Assembly: GCA_963766725.1 (NCBI GenBank)
Contig: CAVYBK010000001.1
Location: 87,822-151,821 of the forward strand
DNA length: 64,000 nt
Direction of reading: 5' to 3'
From: an uncultured Actinomycetes bacterium
Lineage (GTDB): Bacteria; Actinomycetota; Thermoleophilia; Gaiellales; Gaiellaceae
In this document: positions 57,573 through 64,000 of the stretch, piece after piece
How the letters are laid out: every line of letters begins with the position of its first letter
Position numbering within the stretch: the first letter of the stretch is position 1
Position numbers and translations under genes: made by a program
The notes under the pieces: generated by a model
Told to the model about the DNA's origin: nothing
Database searches by the model: none
What the model saw: the letters and a program-made list of their open reading frames with translations, nothing else

Positions 57573-58547
57573 CTAGTACTCCGCGAGCTCCTTCAAGCCT
57601 GCCACCACGTCTTCGACCTGCGGGATGAAAGCCTTCTCGAGCGGTGGCGAGAACGGAACCGGGGTGTCGGGCGCGGCGATGCGGCGCACAGGCGCGTCGA
57701 GGTTCTCGAAGGCCTCCTCGGCGATCGTCGCTGCGATCTCGGCGCCGAAGCCGCCGGTGAGCGTGTCCTCGTGGAGGACGAGCGCCTTCGACGTCTTCGC
57801 GACGGAGCGCAGCACGGCTTCCTTGTCCCACGGGGCCAGCGTGCGGAGGTCGAGGATCTCGACCGAGACGCCGTCGCCCTCGAGCTTCTGCGCGGCCTCG
57901 TCGGCGGTGTAGACCATCGCGCCCCACGTGATCAGCGAGATGTCGTCGCCCTCGCGGTGCGTCCGTGCCTCGCCGAAGGGAACCGTGTAGCGCTCGTCCG
58001 GCACCTCGTCCTTGATGCGCCGGTAGAGGTGCTTGTGCTCGAAGTAGAGAACCGGGTTCGGATCGTGGATCGCCTCGATGAGGAGCCCCTTCGCGTCCGC
58101 CGGCGTGGCCGGGCAGACGACCTTGAGCCCGGGGATGTGCGCGAAGCTCGACTCGGGATTCTGCGAGTGGAAGGGCCCGCCCGAGAAGCCGCCGCCGGAG
58201 GGGAGCCGGACCGTGATCGGCACCGGGGTTCCCGCACGGTAGCGCTGCTTCGCCGCGACGGTGACCAGGTGGTCCCAGGCACACGAGATGAAGTCCGCGA
58301 ACTGCATCTCGGCGACCGGGCGCATGCCCATGATCGCGGCGCCGGTGCAGCCGCCGACGATCGCCGTCTCGGAGAGCGGCGCGTCGATGACGCGCCAGGG
58401 GCCGAACTCCTCCTGGAAGCCCTGCGTCACCTTGAAGGCCCCGCCGTAGACGCCGACGTCCTCGCCGATGATGAAGACGCGCTTGTCGCGCTGCATCTCG
58501 GAGCGAAGCCCGTCGGAGATTGCCTGCAGATACGTCTTTACGGCCAC
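57573..58547 (-). CDS. 2-oxoacid dehydrogenase E1 component, beta subunit
   Basis: IGEDVG.YGGAFKVT, DAPLSE, transketolase-like C-terminal domain. GTG 58547 chosen. Confidence 0.9.
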   Translation of the reverse strand: MAVKTYLQAISDGLRSEMQRDKRVFIIGEDVGVYGGAFKVTQGFQEEFGPWRVIDAPLSETAIVGGCTGAAIMGMRPVAEMQFADFISCAWDHLVTVAAKQRYRAGTPVPITVRLPSGGGFSGGPFHSQNPESSFAHIPGLKVVCPATPADAKGLLIEAIHDPNPVLYFEHKHLYRRIKDEVPDERYTVPFGEARTHREGDDISLITWGAMVYTADEAAQKLEGDGVSVEILDLRTLAPWDKEAVLRSVAKTSKALVLHEDTLTGGFGAEIAATIAEEAFENLDAPVRRIAAPDTPVPFSPPLEKAFIPQVEDVVAGLKELAEY

Positions 58548-58551
58548 GGCG

Positions 58552-59598
58552 CTATTTGTGGTGGGGAGTCTCGAGGTCTTCCGGAGTGGCGTAGACGCCG
58601 TCGAGGAGCGTGTCGAGGTCCGGCATCGGGCTTTCGTCGGCACGTTGCACCGCGTCGTTCAGGATCTTCTTGACGTACCCGCGGATCTCGTCCTCCTCCT
58701 CGTCCGTGAAGTCGGCGTTCTCGCGGAGCCAGGTGCGGTAGCGCTCGAGCGGGTCGCGCTTCGCCCACTCCTCGAACATCTCCTTCGGGACGTAGGAGGC
58801 GTCGTCGTGGACGGCATGCCCTTCCATCCGAAGCGTGAGGCACTCGATCAGGGTCGGGCCGCCGCCTTCGCGCGCCTTCTCGATCGCCGCCTTGGCCTCG
58901 CGGTAGACGGCGAGAACGTCGGTGCCGTCGACGACGACTCCGTCGAAGCCGTACGCCTTGGCGCGGTCGGCGAGGTGCTCGCAGGCGTACTCGAGATGGG
59001 TCGGCGTCGAGTAGGCCCACTGGTTGTTGTCGCAGATGAACACGACCGGGAGGCGGCGGACGCCGGCGAAGTTCATCCCCTCGTGGGTGTCGCCGCGCGC
59101 GGAGGCGCCTTCGCCGAACCAGGTGAGCGCGACGCGCTTCTCCTCGCGGATGCGGAAGGCGAGCGCGCAGCCGACTGCGACCGGCAGCATCGCGGGCAGG
59201 TGGCTGACCATGGCGATCAGCCCGAGGCGGTCGTCGGCCATGTGGACGTTCCCGTCCTTGCCCTTGGTCGGCCCGTCGGCGCGGCCCATGAACTGGGCGA
59301 AGATCCGCCATGGCTCGACTCCGCGGACGATGTGCACGCCCATGTCGCGGTGCAGCGGCGTGCCCACATCCTCCGGGCCCATGGCGGTCGCGATGCCGAC
59401 CGACGCGGCTTCGTTTCCGCGGCCGGTATAGAAGCTTCCGGGGATCTTCCCCTGCTTGTAGAGGATGTGGCCGCGCTCCTCGATCCCGCGGGTCAGGAGC
59501 ATGTGACGGTAGATCCCGAGCAGGTCCTCGCGGTCGAGGCCCGCCTCCTTGATCTCCGTCAAAGAGCTGACTGGCTCTGCTTCCCTGGCAACGGCCAT
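58552..59598 (-). CDS. 2-oxoacid dehydrogenase E1 component, alpha subunit (TPP-binding)
   Basis: TPP motif GEGA...G...E..N.A......V.F.C.NN. Confidence 0.9.
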   Translation of the reverse strand: MAVAREAEPVSSLTEIKEAGLDREDLLGIYRHMLLTRGIEERGHILYKQGKIPGSFYTGRGNEAASVGIATAMGPEDVGTPLHRDMGVHIVRGVEPWRIFAQFMGRADGPTKGKDGNVHMADDRLGLIAMVSHLPAMLPVAVGCALAFRIREEKRVALTWFGEGASARGDTHEGMNFAGVRRLPVVFICDNNQWAYSTPTHLEYACEHLADRAKAYGFDGVVVDGTDVLAVYREAKAAIEKAREGGGPTLIECLTLRMEGHAVHDDASYVPKEMFEEWAKRDPLERYRTWLRENADFTDEEEDEIRGYVKKILNDAVQRADESPMPDLDTLLDGVYATPEDLETPHHK

Positions 59599-59624
59599 GC
59601 CGGATCGAACTGTAGCCGTTCCCT

Positions 59625-59630
59625 TAGTCT
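59625..59630 (+). promoter_or_regulatory. putative -10 box (tagtct) for leaderless zinc-ribbon gene
   Basis: 6 nt upstream of GTG 59637. Confidence 0.35.
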
Positions 59631-59636
59631 GAAAGC

Positions 59637-59915
59637 GTGGGCAAGGCCTCCGACTGGCTTCGGGAAGAGCGGCGCAAGACCCTCGGCGACTGGGTCTCGT
59701 TCTGCCTCGCCTGCGGGCACGCGCAACGCTACTTCGAGGAGCTCGAGGCGGAGTTGCCCGCGTCGTGCCCGGCGTGCGGCGGCGAGATGCGGGCGCGTTG
59801 CCCCGAGTGCGGCGCACGGTTCTCGTCCGCCTTTGCGGTCGAGTGCGAGGCGTGCGGAGGCGCCCTGCGCCCGCCCGAGGCGTTCGGCGGGCCGATTCGC
59901 AAGCCGGGCCGCTAG
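59637..59915 (+). CDS. hypothetical double zinc-ribbon protein (four CxxC pairs)
   Basis: CLACG, CPACG, CPECG and CEACG in 92 aa. Confidence 0.5.
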   Translation: MGKASDWLREERRKTLGDWVSFCLACGHAQRYFEELEAELPASCPACGGEMRARCPECGARFSSAFAVECEACGGALRPPEAFGGPIRKPGR

Positions 59916-60283
59916 GTCCCTGAGATCTCGGAGAAGCGGATGAGCGTGACGACGTCCTCTTCGGTCACGTCACGGTTGTAGAGGTGCCCGAGGAAGCTCG
60001 CCATGTCCTCCGGGCGGCGGATCTCCGGGTTGTCGTGCTCGATCTCCCGCGGTGAGAGCTCCATCAGCCGCTTCACCTCGACCTTGTCGATGACGGCGTC
60101 GAAGATCTTCTCGCGCGGCCCGTAGCGCTGGCCGACGAGGATCTGCACGACCATGCCCTTCCTGTACTTGCCGGACTTGTCGCCCAGGCGGATCGTTGCG
60201 GTCTTCCGCCTGCTCCGCAGCTGGTCGGCGACGATCGACGAGTAGAAGTTGAGGGCGTACATGGCGCTGGGATCGAGCGGCAC
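59912..60283 (-). CDS. ASCH (PUA-like) domain protein
   Basis: Size and the pattern ...KTATIRLGD......G..V.I.......... are consistent with the ASCH fold. Moderate confidence. Confidence 0.6.
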   Translation of the reverse strand: MPLDPSAMYALNFYSSIVADQLRSRRKTATIRLGDKSGKYRKGMVVQILVGQRYGPREKIFDAVIDKVEVKRLMELSPREIEHDNPEIRRPEDMASFLGHLYNRDVTEEDVVTLIRFSEISGT

Positions 60284-60295
60284 GAGGCCGCCGCA

Positions 60296-60733
60296 TCATA
60301 CGGCCCGTTCGTCGATTAGTTGAAGAGCCTTCGCGGCCATCTCGCGCTCGCCCTTGTACGTGAGGAGGCGCGGAGCCTCCTCGAGCGGGAGCCAGCGCGT
60401 CTCCGCGACCTCGTGGCGGAACTCGTCCGTGATGTCGCCGAGCCGTCCCGCGGAGTAGCGGACGAGGTAGAAGCTGACGATCTTGAAGACGCGCTCGCCC
60501 TCCCAGACGTAGACGTAGCGGACGTCGCCGAGCTTCTCGACGAGACGGCCGCGGACCCCCGTTTCCTCCGTCACCTCGCGGAGTGCGGTGTCGGCCGGCG
60601 GCTCGCCGTCCCCGACGAGGCCTTTCGGCAGAGCCCAGACCTTCTCGCGCCCGCCGGGCCGGATCGCGGCCAGGTGCCAGGCGCCGCGGATGCGGCGGAC
60701 GACCACGCCGCCTGCGGAGAACTCTCGCCGCAC
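60296..60733 (-). CDS. NUDIX hydrolase
   Basis: Nudix box LPKGLVGDGEPPADTALREVTEETG. Confidence 0.85.
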   Translation of the reverse strand: MRREFSAGGVVVRRIRGAWHLAAIRPGGREKVWALPKGLVGDGEPPADTALREVTEETGVRGRLVEKLGDVRYVYVWEGERVFKIVSFYLVRYSAGRLGDITDEFRHEVAETRWLPLEEAPRLLTYKGEREMAAKALQLIDERAV

Positions 60734-60739
60734 GAGGTG

Positions 60740-60749
60740 AAGCTAGCAT
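60740..60749. promoter_or_regulatory. shared -10 region (aaGCTAGCat) of divergent leaderless NUDIX and MFS genes
   Basis: tagcat lies 7 nt upstream of GTG 60757 (plus). tagctt lies 6 nt upstream of GTG 60733 (minus). The spacer is 23 nt. Confidence 0.45.
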
Positions 60750-60756
60750 CGGCCAC

Positions 60757-61908
60757 GTGCGCCGCCTGCTCCTGCTCGTCTGCGTGGTCATCTTCGTCGA
60801 GACGATGCTGTACTCGGCGCTCGTCCCGCTTCTTCCGCACTACAGGGACGAGTTCGGGCTCTCGAAGTCGGCCGCCGGTCTCCTTGTCGCGGCCTACGCG
60901 GCGGGAGCCCTGGCCGCTGCGTTGCCCGGCGGAATCGCGGCCGCCCGTTACGGTCCTCGGCGCGCCATGCTCATCGGCATCGCGCTCATGGGCATCGCGA
61001 GCCTCGCCTTCGGCTTCGCCGGCGACGCCTGGACGCTCGGAATCTCGCGCTTCGCACAGGGCGTGGGCGGCTCGCTCGCCTGGGCCGGCGCGCTCACGTG
61101 GCTCATCGCCGCCTCGCCCGTCACCCGGCGAGGGGAGATGCTGGGGACGGCGGTCGGCTCTGCGATCTTCGGAGCCCTGTTCGGGCCCGCGATCGGCGCG
61201 TTCGCCGACCGCGTCGGGCCGCGCGAGGTGTTCGTCGGGCTGGCCGGCCTGACCGTCGTGCTCGCTGCGTGGACGCTGCGGACGCCGGGCGCCGCCGCCG
61301 AGCCGCCGCGTCCCGGGGCGATCAGGCGCGCGCTTCGGAACGTCGAGATCCGCCAGGCGCTCTGGCTCATGAGCGTCCCGGCGCTCGTCTTCGGGATCGT
61401 CGGCGTCCTCATCCCTCTCAAGCTCGACCAGGCCGGCTGGAGCGCGACGGCGATCGCGATCGCCTGGGTCGTCTCGGCGGCGATCGAAATGGTGATCGCG
61501 CCGCTCATCGGCCGAGTCTCGGACCGCCGCGGCCGACTCCTCCCACTCCGCATCGCGCTGATGGGTGCGATCGCCGTGCTCGTCGGCTTTGCCTTCGCCA
61601 ACCGGCCCGCCGTGATCGTCCCCATCCTCATCGTCTCGGGGATCACGTTCGGCGGCTTCTGGGCGCCGGCGATGGCCCTCCTCTCCGATGCGGCCGATCG
61701 CATCGGCCTCGCGCAGGGGCTCGCGTTCGGGCTCATGAACATGGCGTGGGGCGCGGGGAACGCCCTCGGGCCTGCGATCGGCGGGGCGATCGCCGACGCC
61801 GCCGGGGACGCCGTCCCCTTCCTGATCATGGCGGTCTTCTGCGCGGCCACCCTCGCGAGTCTCGGCGTCGCTGGCACTCGGCGCATTCGAGTGCCGGAAA
61901 GTCCTTGA
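60757..61908 (+). CDS. MFS transporter
   Basis: 12 predicted TM helices. Loop 2-3 motif A-like GGIAAARYGPRR. Confidence 0.85.
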   Translation: MRRLLLLVCVVIFVETMLYSALVPLLPHYRDEFGLSKSAAGLLVAAYAAGALAAALPGGIAAARYGPRRAMLIGIALMGIASLAFGFAGDAWTLGISRFAQGVGGSLAWAGALTWLIAASPVTRRGEMLGTAVGSAIFGALFGPAIGAFADRVGPREVFVGLAGLTVVLAAWTLRTPGAAAEPPRPGAIRRALRNVEIRQALWLMSVPALVFGIVGVLIPLKLDQAGWSATAIAIAWVVSAAIEMVIAPLIGRVSDRRGRLLPLRIALMGAIAVLVGFAFANRPAVIVPILIVSGITFGGFWAPAMALLSDAADRIGLAQGLAFGLMNMAWGAGNALGPAIGGAIADAAGDAVPFLIMAVFCAATLASLGVAGTRRIRVPESP

Positions 61909-61930
61909 TCCACTCCTCCGAGATGCGCTA

Positions 61931-61957
61931 GCATGGCTTCTGGCACTCCGCACCGGA
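61931..61957 (+). promoter_or_regulatory. CIRCE operator (HrcA binding site) upstream of groES
   Basis: CTGGCACTC-N9-GAGTGCCAA versus consensus TTAGCACTC-N9-GAGTGCTAA. Perfect 8-bp inverted repeat 52 nt upstream of the groES ATG. Confidence 0.75.
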
Positions 61958-62008
61958 GAGTGCCAAGTTCTTACAGTCAGACAGCTGCAACGCAAGGAGG
62001 AACGCTGA

Positions 62009-62347
62009 ATGGACCTGCAGCCATTGGGTGATCGGCTGATCGTCGAGGCCCTCGAGGAGGAAGAGACCACCTCGAGCGGGATCGTCCTGCCGGACACCGC
62101 GAAAGAGAAGCCCCAGCGCGGCCGTGTGCTCGCTGTCGGCCCCGGCTCTCGGGACGAGGGCGGCAACTACGTCGCGATGGACGTCGTCGAGGGCGACGAG
62201 GTCATCTACTCGAAGTACGGCGGCACCGAGATTCGGCTCGGCAGTGACGACTATCTGATCCTGCGCGAGTCCGACATCCTCGCCAAGGTCGTCACGACCG
62301 GCAAGAAGGGCTCGAAGAAGAAGGAGATGGCAGGCGCAGCCGCTTAA
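62009..62347 (+). CDS. groES: co-chaperonin GroES with Lys-rich C-terminal extension
   Basis: PLGDR.IV......[21 protein letters not shown]. Confidence 0.95.
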   Translation: MDLQPLGDRLIVEALEEEETTSSGIVLPDTAKEKPQRGRVLAVGPGSRDEGGNYVAMDVVEGDEVIYSKYGGTEIRLGSDDYLILRESDILAKVVTTGKKGSKKKEMAGAAA

Positions 62348-62381
62348 GGCCCCTGCCGGAAAACCAACGGAGGAAAGCTGA

Positions 62382-64000
<1,619 letters not shown>

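Overview
Very GC-rich (about 70% by eye), tightly packed chromosomal segment of actinobacterial type with about 75 genes. No rRNA, CRISPR array, transposase or integrase was seen.

Gene content, in order:
- hemA(partial)-hemC-hemD, then a DUF62/methyltransferase pair.
- tRNA-Phe, arginase, rarA, an M20 peptidase, a nicotinate phosphoribosyltransferase-like gene and a short FtsH.
- An ECF sigma factor and ychF.
- An MtrA/MtrB-like two-component operon followed by a Ca-binding repeat protein, a GerMN lipoprotein and an L,D-transpeptidase.
- mrp/apbC.
- A complete 14-gene nuoA-N operon on the minus strand. It continues without a break into an Lpd-like flavoprotein, a cNMP-binding protein, a flavin-monooxygenase-like protein and a class III adenylate cyclase.
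- erpA, ferredoxin-NADP reductase, fumC and a giant secreted S8 peptidase.
- lipA, two cupins, and an E1alpha-E1beta-E2-lipB operon.
- NUDIX/ASCH, an MFS transporter, and CIRCE-groES-groEL (3' partial).

Main observations:
1. Two copies of a palindromic 57/87-nt element sit exactly in the nuoI/nuoJ and nuoC/nuoD junctions. Each reads as a His-rich micro-ORF whose start overlaps the upstream stop codon and whose stop overlaps the downstream start codon.
2. Many first genes of transcription units have a TAnnnT hexamer 6-8 nt upstream of the start codon and no Shine-Dalgarno sequence, which suggests leaderless mRNAs. Three divergent gene pairs are only 19-23 nt apart and share one -10 region.
3. 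There are many reading-frame disruptions, nearly all apparent 1-nt insertions. They cluster at 4245-4900 and 48970-52040 and occur singly in nuoG, fumC, E2, DUF1015 and others. These are either indel errors in the assembly or real gene decay.

Many long ORFs in the supplied track are antisense or overlapping artefacts of the high GC content and were not called.
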